A stretch of 64,000 nt of DNA from an uncultured Polaromonas sp. (GTDB lineage: Bacteria; Pseudomonadota; Gammaproteobacteria; Burkholderiales; Burkholderiaceae_C), in the NCBI GenBank assembly GCA_966112355.1, contig CBHWCZ010000007.1:22752-86751 (forward strand), read 5' to 3'. The notes below the pieces were generated by a model. It was not told the DNA's origin. It ran no database searches and saw only the letters and a program-made list of their open reading frames with translations. The stretch's first letter is position 1. Each line of letters starts with the position of its first letter. The translations under genes and the position numbers were made by a program. Positions 46,724-57,191 of the stretch are shown here, in pieces.

Positions 46724-47233
46724 TCACGTCTCCGGTCGCTCATCCCCGGTTGGCATCGCCGCCGTATCGGGAACGCCCAGCCTGCCAGCAGCTGTCTGAC
46801 GCCGGCCCGAGACCGGCTCCAGGCGCCCCGCCCGTCCCAGCCCGAAAGCCGGCATGTTCACGTACACGCTCTCATAGCGGCCGGCAGACACGGCATAGGT
46901 TTCATGCCAGATGCCCACCGAACCATCCGTGCCGATGGCCCGGTTGAAGGCACGCCACGCGGGCAGGTGCGCGGCGTCGCGTTGGCGCGCGTACGCCAGC
47001 AACTGGTCCATCGAACGCCAGTACTGCACCAGCAGCGAGGTACGGCCAAACCAGGTTTCGGCGTGGATCAGGCCCAGCTCCGGCTGCCGGTGCAGTTCAC
47101 GCAGCATCGGGCCCATTGCCTGCGCGACCGGCAGCCACTTGTGCAGCCTCCAGAAGTGATTGATGCGCATGCCGATCAGGAAGACGACAAAGTCGCCCTC
47201 AAGTGTGGCCGTGAGACGTTCTGGCCGGACCAT
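46724..47233 (-). CDS. DUF4188 protein
   Basis: VVFLIGMRIN, LVQYWRS, VGIWHETY, YESVYVNMP.FGL. Confidence 0.85.
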   Translation of the reverse strand: MVRPERLTATLEGDFVVFLIGMRINHFWRLHKWLPVAQAMGPMLRELHRQPELGLIHAETWFGRTSLLVQYWRSMDQLLAYARQRDAAHLPAWRAFNRAIGTDGSVGIWHETYAVSAGRYESVYVNMPAFGLGRAGRLEPVSGRRQTAAGRLGVPDTAAMPTGDERPET

Positions 47234-47237
47234 GGGC

Positions 47238-47609
47238 TCAGGCTGGTTCGGTGTGGCACACCGCTTCAATGTTGTGCCCGTCCGGGCCGATGACGAACGC
47301 GCCGTAGTAGTTCGGGTGGTAGGCCGCCCGCACGCCGGGTGCGCCGTTGTCCTGGCCACCCGCCGCCAGCGCGGCCGCATGGAAGGCACGGACCTGTTCA
47401 CGCGTGGCCGCTGCAAACGCGAGATGAATGGGCCCCGGCGCCGGCCCGAAGGCACCGAACCAGAACTGGCCCTTGCCGTCCCGGCCCATCATGGCCCAGC
47501 CCTCCCCTTCGCCCACCACGCCGATCCCGAGCGGGGCCAGCGCGGCCAGGTAGAAGGATTTGCTCCTTGGAAATTCACTGACATGGAAACCGACGTGATC
47601 CAGAATCAT
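47238..47609 (-). CDS. VOC/glyoxalase family protein
   Basis: LDHVGF, HLAFAA, DNGAPG.R..YH..YYGAFV..PDGHNIEAV. Confidence 0.92.
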   Translation of the reverse strand: MILDHVGFHVSEFPRSKSFYLAALAPLGIGVVGEGEGWAMMGRDGKGQFWFGAFGPAPGPIHLAFAAATREQVRAFHAAALAAGGQDNGAPGVRAAYHPNYYGAFVIGPDGHNIEAVCHTEPA

Positions 47610-47666
47610 GTGCACTCCGCCAAAGACCGGCCTTGTCCGGGGCAACATGATGACCCGGGGCCGGAC

Positions 47667-48620
47667 TCAGGTCAACAGTGCCACCGCTGCGGAAAAGCTG
47701 AAAAAGGCCAGCACCGTCGACAGCAGGATGATGCGGGCGATGCGCCCGTTGTCAGCGCCGAAGCGCTCGGCCAGCAGGGCCACATTGCTGGCGCTGGGCA
47801 AGGCGGCGACCAGCACGATCACCGTGAGGGCGAAAGGCTGGATCGGCGCCCCGAGGGCCATGGCGCCCAGCCCGGCCGCGCCCACCAGCACGGGGTGCAG
47901 CACCAGCTTCATCAGCGCCACGGGGACATAGTCCTTCAGCGGCGTGGGCTGCTGGTTGTTCATCTGCGAACGCGCCAGCACCGCGCCGATGGTGAACAGG
48001 GCCACCGGTGAGGCGGCGTCGGCCAGCAAACCCACGGTCTGCACCACCGGGCCGGGCAGCACCAGCCCGAAACCGGACGACAGGCCGCCCAGCACAATCG
48101 CCCACGGCATGGGGTTCAGCGCCACACCCTTGAGCGCGTGGGCGGCGGCGACCTCGGCACCATGGACGTCGGCGGAATCGAGGCGCGAAAGCGCTATGCA
48201 CAGGGAACTGGTGATCAGCAGGTCCACCACGATGGTCACGATGGCCGGACCGGCCGCCGGAGCGCCCAACAAGGCCACCAGCAAGGGCACCCCCATGAAG
48301 CCGGTGTTGGGAAACGAGGCTACCAGCGCACCGAAGGAGGCGTCATTCCAGCCGATGCGGCCCTTGCGCGTGAAGGTGATCGTGAGCGCCACCATGACCA
48401 GCGCGCACAGCAGGTAGACGGCGGCGAGGCTGAAGTCCAGCAACTGGGCGATCGGCGTGCTGGCACCAAAGCGGTAGAGCATGCAGGGCAGCGCGAAGTA
48501 CAGCACAAAGGTGTTGAGCCCCGGGATGGCGAGCTGCGGCAGCCAGGCCCGGCGTGCAGCGACATAGCCACACAGCACCAGCGCGAAGAAAGGGAAGGTG
48601 ACCAGAAGAATGGATAGCAC
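47667..48620 (-). CDS. AEC family transporter
   Basis: FALPCMLY, FPNTGFMGVP, ALPSASN; many hydrophobic helices. Confidence 0.9.
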   Translation of the reverse strand: MLSILLVTFPFFALVLCGYVAARRAWLPQLAIPGLNTFVLYFALPCMLYRFGASTPIAQLLDFSLAAVYLLCALVMVALTITFTRKGRIGWNDASFGALVASFPNTGFMGVPLLVALLGAPAAGPAIVTIVVDLLITSSLCIALSRLDSADVHGAEVAAAHALKGVALNPMPWAIVLGGLSSGFGLVLPGPVVQTVGLLADAASPVALFTIGAVLARSQMNNQQPTPLKDYVPVALMKLVLHPVLVGAAGLGAMALGAPIQPFALTVIVLVAALPSASNVALLAERFGADNGRIARIILLSTVLAFFSFSAAVALLT

Positions 48621-48634
48621 GGGATGATGGGGTG

Positions 48635-50188
48635 TTAAAAGAGCATGAGAAACGCAGCCAGCGGCACAACCGCCAAAGGCAGCGGCGACAGGGTTTTCAG
48701 CTTCTCGATGTTGTCGGGTGCCATGGGCTCTTTGGTCACCATGATGCCGGCTTCACAACCATGCTCGTGAGCCAGCCTTGCTGCTTTGAGAACGTCCTTG
48801 TCCTGCACTTCGTTGCGGTATTTCACCTCTACGCCAATGCGGGTGGAACCCAAATCCACAATGAAGTCGAGTTCATCGTTGTTGCGCCGCCAGTAACCCA
48901 GTTCGACCAAGCCCGGCCAGCGCCTGAGGTGGTTGGCGACCACATTCTCTGCATAAGAACCCATGAGCGTCGGGTCGGCCACCATCTGCTCCTGGCTCAA
49001 CTTCATCACCGCATTGCGTACCGCCAAGTCCACCAGATAGGTTTTGAAGTTGCCTGCTTTGGGCGTTGACTTGGTGCTGGTGTGCTTGTGCAGTCGCCAG
49101 ACCAGATCGGTTGCCTCAAGCAGCGGAAAGTAATTCTCAATCGTGCTGCGTGCCAGTGCGATTTCACTGCTGAGTTGAGACAGGTTGGTCTCGCGACCAG
49201 GGTCTTTAAGCAAACCCAAATAAAAGCGTCGCAGCATCTCGGGTTTGCGGAATTCGGCAGCTACCAGTAAGTCTTCGAAGATGACGCGTTCGACCTGGTT
49301 CTGGTAGAGATACTCTTGTTTGGCGAGAAGCGTAGGGAGATTCCAAACCTCGGGGAAACCGCCTTCAAACAAGTAGTCTTCAACTTTCGATACGGATCTA
49401 ATAGCGGAATACGAGTCTTCGGTGGAAAAAAAGACAGCTGCATCAGACAAAACATCGACCATCTCAGTCGGGGCTGTTCCGTGCCTACGAAGATCGTTCC
49501 CAAGCGTTCGCCAAATTTTCCCCAACTCAATTGATCCAGCCTGATAGTGAATAAATTCCTTATCGTTAAAAATCCACTTTGATGTCTCACTGACTATTTT
49601 TGTCGGGCCTAGCGAACTCCATTCACGGTAACTAAACGGCAATACATGAAAATCTTTTACCCGCCCCAACAAGCTCTCTCGTGACTTCTTGAAGATGGGC
49701 GCACTCGCCGAACCCGACACCACAAAACGCACGGGTGTCTTCAAGTCATAGAACTTTTTGAGATACAGCTCCCAACGCGGAAAGCGCTGAATCTCGTCAA
49801 GAAAGAGATAAGTCACTCCGCCCTTGGAAGCCTCAACCGCCGTGGCGACCAGCTCATTGAAAAATTTGTCCTGGTTGAAGCCAGGAATTTCGAGGCCCGG
49901 GTCTTGCATCGAAAAATAAACAATGCGACTGGCCTGCGCCTGGGGGTCCGGCGCGTCCTTGATCAGCTGCTTAATGCACTGCTGAAGCAAGGTGCTCTTG
50001 CCCACACGGCGCGGGCCGGTGACCGAAACCATTTGCGGAAGCTGTTTGACGTCAGCATAAAGCTCGTCAAATACATCGCGCCGAAGCTCCGGAAGCCCGA
50101 CAAACGCCTGCTCGAGATCACCCCACCACAGGTTGTATGCCTGTAGGATGGCATGCTTGGCGAAAAGACTGGATGCAATCTCAGGCAT
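48635..50188 (-). CDS. AAA_14 ATPase with DUF4143 domain
   Basis: GPRRVGKST, FLDEIQ, VSGSAS, GGFPE, ELDFIV..GVEVKY; visibly lower GC than neighbours. Confidence 0.88.
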   Translation of the reverse strand: MPEIASSLFAKHAILQAYNLWWGDLEQAFVGLPELRRDVFDELYADVKQLPQMVSVTGPRRVGKSTLLQQCIKQLIKDAPDPQAQASRIVYFSMQDPGLEIPGFNQDKFFNELVATAVEASKGGVTYLFLDEIQRFPRWELYLKKFYDLKTPVRFVVSGSASAPIFKKSRESLLGRVKDFHVLPFSYREWSSLGPTKIVSETSKWIFNDKEFIHYQAGSIELGKIWRTLGNDLRRHGTAPTEMVDVLSDAAVFFSTEDSYSAIRSVSKVEDYLFEGGFPEVWNLPTLLAKQEYLYQNQVERVIFEDLLVAAEFRKPEMLRRFYLGLLKDPGRETNLSQLSSEIALARSTIENYFPLLEATDLVWRLHKHTSTKSTPKAGNFKTYLVDLAVRNAVMKLSQEQMVADPTLMGSYAENVVANHLRRWPGLVELGYWRRNNDELDFIVDLGSTRIGVEVKYRNEVQDKDVLKAARLAHEHGCEAGIMVTKEPMAPDNIEKLKTLSPLPLAVVPLAAFLMLF

Positions 50189-50343
50189 GGCAAAAATTAT
50201 GCATATTTGATGTTATAAAGTCAAATATTCATATTTGCTACCTTTTTCCTCGCAGCCTTGCTCGACGCATCCAACATGACTAGCAGCCTGCTAGTTACCG
50301 CACTTCGTCCTCTCCCACCGCATTCCTCGCGAATTCACCTTCC

Positions 50344-52434
50344 ATGTCCGCAGGCCTGAATCCCGCCCAACAAGAAGCCGTCAATTACCTGCATGGTCCC
50401 TGCCTCGTGCTGGCGGGCGCTGGCTCGGGCAAGACGCGCGTCATCACGCACAAGATCGGCAGGCTGATCCATTCGGGCATGAAGCCCGAGGAGATTGCCG
50501 CCATCACCTTCACCAACAAGGCCGCCGCCGAGATGCGCGAGCGGGCCAAGGGGCTGATCGGCAAACCGGCCAGGGGCGTGCTGATCTGCACCTTCCATGC
50601 GCTCGGCGTGCGCATGCTGCGGCAGGATGGCGCCGCGCTGGGTCTCAAACCCCAGTTCTCGATTCTCGACAGCGACGACGTCACCAGCATCCTCAAGGAC
50701 GCGGGCGGCACCACCGACGCGGCCACGGCGCGCCAGTGGCAATGGACCATCAGCCTCTGGAAGAACATGGGGCTCAACGCTGCCCAGGCCGAGGCGCAGG
50801 CCAGCGGCGACGAGGACAAACTGATCGCCCGCATCATGGGCCGCTATGAAGAGCGCCTGACCGCCTACCAGAGCGTGGACTTCGACGACCTGATCGGCCT
50901 GCCGCTCAAACTGCTGCAGGAGCACGCGGCCGTGCGCGAAAAATGGCAGGAGTCGCTTGGCCACGTGCTGGTCGATGAATACCAGGACACCAACGCCACC
51001 CAGTACGAGGTGCTCAAGCTGCTGGTGGGCGCGCGCGGCCGCTTCACGGCGGTGGGCGACGACGACCAGTCCATCTACGGCTGGCGCGGCGCCACGCTGG
51101 ACAACCTCAAGAAGCTGCCGCAGGACTATCCACGGCTCAAGGTGGTGAAGCTGGAGCAGAACTACCGCTCCACCAGCGCCATCCTGCGGGCGGCCAACAA
51201 CGTGATCGGCCCCAACCCCAAGCTCTTTCCCAAGACCCTGTTCAGCGAACTCGGCGAAGGCGAGCCGGTGCGGGTGGTCGATTGCGACAGCGAGGAACAC
51301 GAGGCCGAGCGCGTGGTGGCGCGCATCCAGAGCCTGCGCGCCGAAGGCACGCTGCAGGCCGAGGGCCACCAGCACCGCGAGTGGAAGGATTTCTGCGTGC
51401 TGTACCGGGCCAACCACCAGGCCAAGCCGTTTGAAAAAGCCCTGCGCAAGGCCAACATCCCTTACAAGGTGTCGGGTGGCCAGAGTTTCTTTGACCGCGC
51501 CGAGATCAAGGACCTGTGCAGCTGGATGCGCCTTTTGGTCAACAACGACGATGACCCGGCATTCCTGCGCGCGGTGACCACGCCCAAGCGCGGCATCGGC
51601 CACACCACGCTGGGCGCACTGGGCACCTTTGCCACCCAGTACAAGCTCAGCCTGTTCGAGTCGCTCTTCAGCAACTCGCTGGGCTCGATGCTGCCGGCGA
51701 AAGCCGTGGGCTCGCTGCAGGAGTTCGGCCGCTACCTCAATGACCTGGAATACCGCGCCAAGCGCACGGTAGGGGCCGAGGACGCGCGCGCGTTTCTGAA
51801 CGACTGGCTCAAGGACATCGACTACGAAAAGCACCTGTATGACGGCGAAGAGAGCGAAAAGCTCGCCGCCTCGCGCTGGACCAACGTGATGGATTTTTGC
51901 GACTGGGTGGCGCAGCGCTGCGGCGGCCAGATCGACGACACCTCGGGCGCCGTGATCGCCGCCGAAACCAAAACCATGCTGGAGGTGGTGCAGACCATTG
52001 CGCTGCTCTCCACCATCAGCGAGCGCGAGGGCGACCAGAACGTGGTGACGCTCTCCACCCTGCACGCGGCCAAGGGCCTGGAGTGGCCGCACGTGGTGCT
52101 GGCCGGCGTGAACGAGGGCCTGCTTCCCTTCAAGCTCGAACAGGACGACGGCGTGAACACCGACAGCATCGCGCTGCGCCTGCAGGAAGAACGCCGGCTG
52201 ATGTACGTGGGCATCACGCGCGCCCAGCGCACGCTGGCGGTGAACTGGCTGCGCAAGCGCAAGAAGGGCCGCGACATGATCCCCGGTGCGCCCAGCCGCT
52301 TCATTGCCGAGATGGCACTCGACAAGGCCACGGTGCGCGAGGACCCGCGCGAAAAGCTCAAGGCCCTGCGCGCCGAGTTCGCCCGGAAATCAGCCGAAGG
52401 CCTGGCCGCGGCGGCGGCTTCGGAAGCGCGTTAG
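50344..52434 (+). CDS. rep: Rep/UvrD family DNA helicase
   Basis: LNPAQQEAV, AGAGSGKTRVITHK, DEYQDTN, LEQNYRS, EERRLMYVGITRA. Confidence 0.9.
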   Translation: MSAGLNPAQQEAVNYLHGPCLVLAGAGSGKTRVITHKIGRLIHSGMKPEEIAAITFTNKAAAEMRERAKGLIGKPARGVLICTFHALGVRMLRQDGAALGLKPQFSILDSDDVTSILKDAGGTTDAATARQWQWTISLWKNMGLNAAQAEAQASGDEDKLIARIMGRYEERLTAYQSVDFDDLIGLPLKLLQEHAAVREKWQESLGHVLVDEYQDTNATQYEVLKLLVGARGRFTAVGDDDQSIYGWRGATLDNLKKLPQDYPRLKVVKLEQNYRSTSAILRAANNVIGPNPKLFPKTLFSELGEGEPVRVVDCDSEEHEAERVVARIQSLRAEGTLQAEGHQHREWKDFCVLYRANHQAKPFEKALRKANIPYKVSGGQSFFDRAEIKDLCSWMRLLVNNDDDPAFLRAVTTPKRGIGHTTLGALGTFATQYKLSLFESLFSNSLGSMLPAKAVGSLQEFGRYLNDLEYRAKRTVGAEDARAFLNDWLKDIDYEKHLYDGEESEKLAASRWTNVMDFCDWVAQRCGGQIDDTSGAVIAAETKTMLEVVQTIALLSTISEREGDQNVVTLSTLHAAKGLEWPHVVLAGVNEGLLPFKLEQDDGVNTDSIALRLQEERRLMYVGITRAQRTLAVNWLRKRKKGRDMIPGAPSRFIAEMALDKATVREDPREKLKALRAEFARKSAEGLAAAAASEAR

Positions 52435-52468
52435 CAAGCGCTCGCACTGCCGCCGGTCGTTTGCAGCA

Positions 52469-53284
52469 TCAGACGCCCAGCCATTTCCCGATGCCCACCA
52501 GGGCGCCCTGGTCGAACTCCACGAAGCCGGGAACGTTGAGGGCCTCCAGGCGCTTCTTGCCTTCGGCAGACTGCTCCAGTCCCACAAAGTAGTTGGTAAG
52601 TTGCGCCCGCTGCGCGTCGCTGAGCTTGTTGCTGGCAATCATGTGCTTGATGGGCACCGGCTTGCTGACGCCCAGGATCTTGCCGCCCTTGTCCTGCCAG
52701 TCCTTTGCCACCGCCTTGGAAGCGGTCACACCGGAGGCCACCATGCCGTGCTCGACCATGAAGGGTACGGCGTCCTGCAGCTTCACGTACGTGGTTTCGG
52801 GAATCTGCGCACCGACGGCGTCGCGCATCGTGGCCCGCATGATGACCGAGGTGATGGAGTCCTCATCGGGGGAGCCCACTTTCTGGCCCTTGAGGTCTGC
52901 CAGCGTCTTCAGCGGGGAGTCGCTGCGCACCAGGAACGAGGCGCGGTATTCCGTGAAGCCCTTGGTCAGTGCAATCAGGCTGTAGCCGCTCTTGCTCATC
53001 GCACGGATGGAGTGGTGGGCGGGGTGCACATAGGCCATCTCGTAGCGCTGCTCGGCCAGGCCCGCGGCCAGTTCCTTGTAGTCACTGACTGGCTGCACCT
53101 TGACCGGCCGCTTCAGGAGCTTGCTCAGGTCCTCCGAGAGTTCCTTGAAGCGCTCCATGGTGGCGCCTGGATTGACGCGGTAGGTCACGCCTTCGTTCAC
53201 CGCAAAAATCATGGGGCCCTGAGCCCAGGCCTGGCCGAATCCGGCCACAAGTAAAAGGCAGACGATCTGTCGACGAATGTTCAT
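52469..53284 (-). CDS. Phosphate/phosphonate-type ABC substrate-binding protein (orphan)
   Basis: Signal peptide; AYVHPAH, KTLADLKG, VSKPVP; no adjacent permease or ATPase. Confidence 0.8.
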   Translation of the reverse strand: MNIRRQIVCLLLVAGFGQAWAQGPMIFAVNEGVTYRVNPGATMERFKELSEDLSKLLKRPVKVQPVSDYKELAAGLAEQRYEMAYVHPAHHSIRAMSKSGYSLIALTKGFTEYRASFLVRSDSPLKTLADLKGQKVGSPDEDSITSVIMRATMRDAVGAQIPETTYVKLQDAVPFMVEHGMVASGVTASKAVAKDWQDKGGKILGVSKPVPIKHMIASNKLSDAQRAQLTNYFVGLEQSAEGKKRLEALNVPGFVEFDQGALVGIGKWLGV

Positions 53285-53468
53285 GAGGGTCTTTCAAAAT
53301 AGATCATTGCCAGCTGCAACGTATGCTTAGTATGCTGGTTACATGCGGTTACAAAACACCGGATTTACCCATGTTTACTTTCGAATGACAACAGGGAGGG
53401 CACATCCGTGCGATAGTTCTCGCCGGTAGAGATTTCTGTCGTTTTTCCACACTGTCGGTCGTCTGGTT

Positions 53469-54074
53469 ATGCACCTGCCCGGGCCGCAAGGCCACCGACT
53501 GTGGCAGCCAACCCGCCGTTTTCCACCCATGCCGTCCCGCCTTCGCCCCACTTTTCGCCTGCTTTTTCGCCCCATGGCCCTGGCAGCCGTTTACCTGGGT
53601 GTGGTGCTGACCTCGGTCCTGCCACCCGCCCTCCACGCCCAGACGCCAGCCCCCGCCCGCACCACCAGATGCCCAGCCGCATCGGCCATGAAGGCCGAGC
53701 AGCTCTTCGGCCGGTGGGCCGTCCGCTTTTCCAATCCGCCCGCCGGCCTGCCGGCCCAGGCCACGATGCTGCTGGAGCGGCACGCGGAGTTCTCCGACAG
53801 TCTGGCCGGCGTGGTGAACCGCGATCTGGGTGCGGCCGCCGGCGCCAAGGCCATCGCCGGCCATGCAGCCAAGGCGATGCTGGCAGGCGATCTGGAGGGC
53901 GGCATGCTGTTGCTGGATGAATCATCAGACAACGTCAGCATCACCGGCACCTGGAACGGCGAGATGGTGGAAGGCTCCTGCGGCAAGGCCTTCAAGGGCA
54001 CCTGGAAAGACACCAGCAGCAGCGCGCCAGACAATGCGCCGGACGTGCCCTTCACCCTGACACGCCTGCAATAA
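53469..54074 (+). CDS. Hypothetical secreted protein
   Basis: Signal-like segment; LERHAEFSDSLAG, LDES.D..SITGTW; start uncertain (~53529). Confidence 0.65.
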   Translation: MHLPGPQGHRLWQPTRRFPPMPSRLRPTFRLLFRPMALAAVYLGVVLTSVLPPALHAQTPAPARTTRCPAASAMKAEQLFGRWAVRFSNPPAGLPAQATMLLERHAEFSDSLAGVVNRDLGAAAGAKAIAGHAAKAMLAGDLEGGMLLLDESSDNVSITGTWNGEMVEGSCGKAFKGTWKDTSSSAPDNAPDVPFTLTRLQ

Positions 54075-54262
54075 CCCTGAATCGCCCTGAGCCGCGCCAG
54101 GCGCGCATGGCCCGTCCACGGGCACACAGGCGGCCTATGCCTACAGCTTTTCGGACAGACCGGGTATAGGCTGGAAGGCATGCGTTTTGATGCTTTTTTT
54201 GACTGCCTTTTTGAATGCCTCTTTGGATGCTTGTTCACCGTCATGCCTGAAGCCTGAGCCGC

Positions 54263-55570
54263 ATGTTTGAACCGGATTCCTTCACACTGGGCTGCATCCT
54301 GACAGGACTGCTGCTGATCGGCATGACAGCGGGCAGCTCCTTCATCGCCCGCCTGCCGCTGAGTTCGGCCATGCTGTATCTGGTGGCAGGCATCGCCATG
54401 GGGCCCTGGGGGCTGGGGCTGGTGAAGCTGGATGCGCTGAAAAACACCTTGCTGCTGGAGCGGCTGACCGAGGTCGCGGTGCTGATCTCGCTCTTCACCG
54501 TCGGCATGAAGCTGGAGCTTCCCTTCACCCATCTGCGCTGGCGCATCCCGGTGCAGCTGGCCACGGTGTCCATGCTGGTCACGGTGGTGACCATCACCGC
54601 GATCGGCCTCTGGGCGCTGGATCTGCCGCTGGGCGCTGCGGTGCTGCTCGGTGCCATCCTGGCACCGACCGACCCGGTACTGGCCTCGGACGTGCAGGTG
54701 ACCAACCCTGGCGACCGCGATCGCCTGCGCTTCGGCCTGACCGGCGAAGGCGGGCTGAACGACGGCACCGCATTTCCGCTGGTCCTGCTGGGCATGGGGC
54801 TGCTGGGTCTGCATGAGCTGGGTACAGGCGGCTGGCGCTGGTGGGCCGTCGACGTGCTGTGGGCCGTGGCCGGCGGGCTGGGGCTGGGCTACCTGCTGGG
54901 CAACCTTGTCGGCCGAGCCATCGTGTACCTGCGCATGCGCCACCTGGAGGCGCTGCGCTCCGACGAATTCATTGCCCTCGGCCTGATTGCCCTGACCTAT
55001 GGCCTGGCTCTGTGGAGCCAGACCTACGGCTTTCTGGCCGTGTTCGCCGCAGGCCTGGCGCTCAGGCGTATCGACGAGCCCCGCCAAGGGCCGGCGCCAG
55101 ACAAATCGCACGAGGGCTTGAGCCCGGAAGAAGAGGCGGCATCGGGCGCCGAGGCTCCCGCCCACATGATGGAGGCCGTGCAGCGCTTCAACAGCCAGCT
55201 CGAAAGCTTTGTCGAAGTGGCGATGGTGACGGCGATCGGCGTGCTGATCGCCACCGTCAGGTTCCGCAGCGAAGTGCTGTGGCTCATTCCGCTGCTGTTT
55301 CTGCTGGTGCGGCCACTGGCAGTCTATGCCGGCCTGCTCGGCACCCCGGTGGCGGGTACCCAGCGGCAATTGATGGCCTGGTTCGGCATTCGCGGCATCG
55401 GGTCCCTGTATTACCTGCTGTACGCCATCAACCATGGCATGGAGCCCGCGCTGGCGCAGCGGCTGCTGTCCATCACGCTGGCGGTCATCGTCGCCTCCAT
55501 CGTGGTCCACGGGATTTCGGTGACGCCCTTGATGAACCGCTACGAGCAGCGCAAGAAATCACGCCGCTGA
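54263..55570 (+). CDS. CPA1/NhaP-type cation:proton antiporter
   Basis: LAPTDPVLA, EGGLNDG, WFGIRGIGSLYY. Confidence 0.92.
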   Translation: MFEPDSFTLGCILTGLLLIGMTAGSSFIARLPLSSAMLYLVAGIAMGPWGLGLVKLDALKNTLLLERLTEVAVLISLFTVGMKLELPFTHLRWRIPVQLATVSMLVTVVTITAIGLWALDLPLGAAVLLGAILAPTDPVLASDVQVTNPGDRDRLRFGLTGEGGLNDGTAFPLVLLGMGLLGLHELGTGGWRWWAVDVLWAVAGGLGLGYLLGNLVGRAIVYLRMRHLEALRSDEFIALGLIALTYGLALWSQTYGFLAVFAAGLALRRIDEPRQGPAPDKSHEGLSPEEEAASGAEAPAHMMEAVQRFNSQLESFVEVAMVTAIGVLIATVRFRSEVLWLIPLLFLLVRPLAVYAGLLGTPVAGTQRQLMAWFGIRGIGSLYYLLYAINHGMEPALAQRLLSITLAVIVASIVVHGISVTPLMNRYEQRKKSRR

Positions 55571-55595
55571 GCCCACAGCTCCGAAGCCACCGGAC

Positions 55596-55631
55596 AAAAC
55601 AAAACCCCAGCCGTTGGGAAGGGCTGGGGTT
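55596..55631 (-). terminator. Intrinsic terminator
   Basis: aaccccagcc/ggctggggtt stem with a T-rich tail on the minus strand. Confidence 0.65.
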
Positions 55632-55706
55632 GGCGGCGGCAGGTCACGACCCGCATGGCGCGGGGCCGCAGGAGCCGGCCTTGGCATCCTGCCGCAGGGC
55701 TGGCAC

Positions 55707-55994
55707 TTACTGGGCGGTTTTCACCACCTCGGCGGCCGCTTGCGGCGCTGTGCCGGGCTTGTCGGCGCGCGGGGCGGCAAGTGTCTGCTGGGCCGTGGCG
55801 CCGTTGTAGGCAGAGGTGGGGGCAGCACCTTCGCGCTGCGCCTGCAACACCTCGGCCTTGACTTCAGCGCGCGTCTTCGTGGACGGCGCCTGCATCTGGT
55901 CGAACAGATAGGAGTTGAAGATCTGGGCATTGGCAGCGACAGAAGTCAGTGCGGCGGCGGTCAGGACGGTGGCAGCGATCAGTTTCGATTTCAT
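55707..55994 (-). CDS. Small secreted protein (DUF4148-like)
   Basis: Signal peptide; STKTRAEVKAEVLQAQREG. Confidence 0.75.
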   Translation of the reverse strand: MKSKLIAATVLTAAALTSVAANAQIFNSYLFDQMQAPSTKTRAEVKAEVLQAQREGAAPTSAYNGATAQQTLAAPRADKPGTAPQAAAEVVKTAQ

Positions 55995-56212
55995 GATGGA
56001 TTTCCTCTCAAGGTTGAATGGATATTCCGGGCATGGCGGACTCATGTTTCCGTCTGTCCAGCCTCGGTGAGTCGCCTTTTGCCGGACTCTCCGGCGGTTT
56101 CGGCTCATCGATGGATGTACTTTATTCCTTCGAAATCAATCAAAAAACAGCTTATTCAACAATACATTACTGCTGAATCAGCAATAATTGAATGTCACTT
56201 TGAAAGAACGGC

Positions 56213-57166
56213 ATGGACCGACTCCAATCAATGCGGGTGTTTCAGCAGGTGGTGGACGACGGCAGCTTTGCCGCAGCGGCGCGCCGCCTCGACATGTCTG
56301 CAGCCGTGGTGACGCGGCTGGTGGGCGACCTCGAGGAGCATCTCGGCGTGCGCCTGCTGCAGCGCACCACCCGGCGCCTGGCACTCACCGATGCGGGTGA
56401 AGCCTACCTCTCGCGCGTACGCCACATCCTCAACGACATCGAAGACGCCCACGCGGCCGCGCAGGCGCATGCTCAGGAGATGTCAGGTGTGATCCGCATC
56501 CTCACGCCGCCCATCTTCGGCGTGCACGTGCTGGGCCCGCTGGTGGCCGAGTTCGGCCGGCGCTACCCGAATGTGGTGCTCGACATCCATGTGGACTCCC
56601 CCACCGTGCCGCCGGTGGAAGACTATGACCTGACCCTGCTGGGCGCCACCGAAGCATTTGACGCCAACATCATCGCGCGGCCCATCGTGTCGTCCAACGG
56701 CATCCTTTGCGCCTCGCCCGACTACCTGCGCCGCCACGGCACACCGCAGGCGCCCGATGACCTGGCGGCGCACCGCTGCCTGCGCATCAAGCTGCCGGCC
56801 AACCGCTCCCGCGTCTGGCGCCTTGTGAACCCCGAAGAAGCAATGCGTGAGATCGAAATACCCGTGGAGCCGGCCATGCTGGTCAACCACTCCGACACGC
56901 TGATACGCGCCGGCGTGGACGGCGCCGGCATCATCAGCCAGTCCATCGACCTGGTGGCCAGCCACCTCCAGAGTGGCGAGCTGCAGCGGGTGCTCTCACC
57001 GTGGATCACCGGCACGAACACGCTCTACGCTGCACTGCCCAGCCGCAAGTTCATTCCGACGCGCACCAGCGTGTTCCTCGAGTTCATGACGGAGTTCACG
57101 CGGCGGGTGATCAAAAAAATGGATTCGGCGAAAAGCCGGCAGGAAACCCGGCGTGCCGGGGACTGA
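56213..57166 (+). CDS. LysR regulator (CrgA/DmlR-like)
   Basis: MDRLQSMRVF, LGVRLLQRTTRRLALTDAGEAY. Confidence 0.92.
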   Translation: MDRLQSMRVFQQVVDDGSFAAAARRLDMSAAVVTRLVGDLEEHLGVRLLQRTTRRLALTDAGEAYLSRVRHILNDIEDAHAAAQAHAQEMSGVIRILTPPIFGVHVLGPLVAEFGRRYPNVVLDIHVDSPTVPPVEDYDLTLLGATEAFDANIIARPIVSSNGILCASPDYLRRHGTPQAPDDLAAHRCLRIKLPANRSRVWRLVNPEEAMREIEIPVEPAMLVNHSDTLIRAGVDGAGIISQSIDLVASHLQSGELQRVLSPWITGTNTLYAALPSRKFIPTRTSVFLEFMTEFTRRVIKKMDSAKSRQETRRAGD

Positions 57167-57191
57167 ATCGCCCCGGGTTTGAACTGACACC
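57164..57191 (+). mobile_element. IS3-family-like terminal repeat remnant
   Basis: tgaatcgccccgggttt...gacacc resembles IS3-family ends (TGAAYYGCCCCGG); no transposase follows. Confidence 0.5.

Noticed and set aside
50335-55510. Long minus-strand ORFs 50335-52092 and 53591-55510
   Set aside because: Antisense to rep and the antiporter, which carry clear family motifs.
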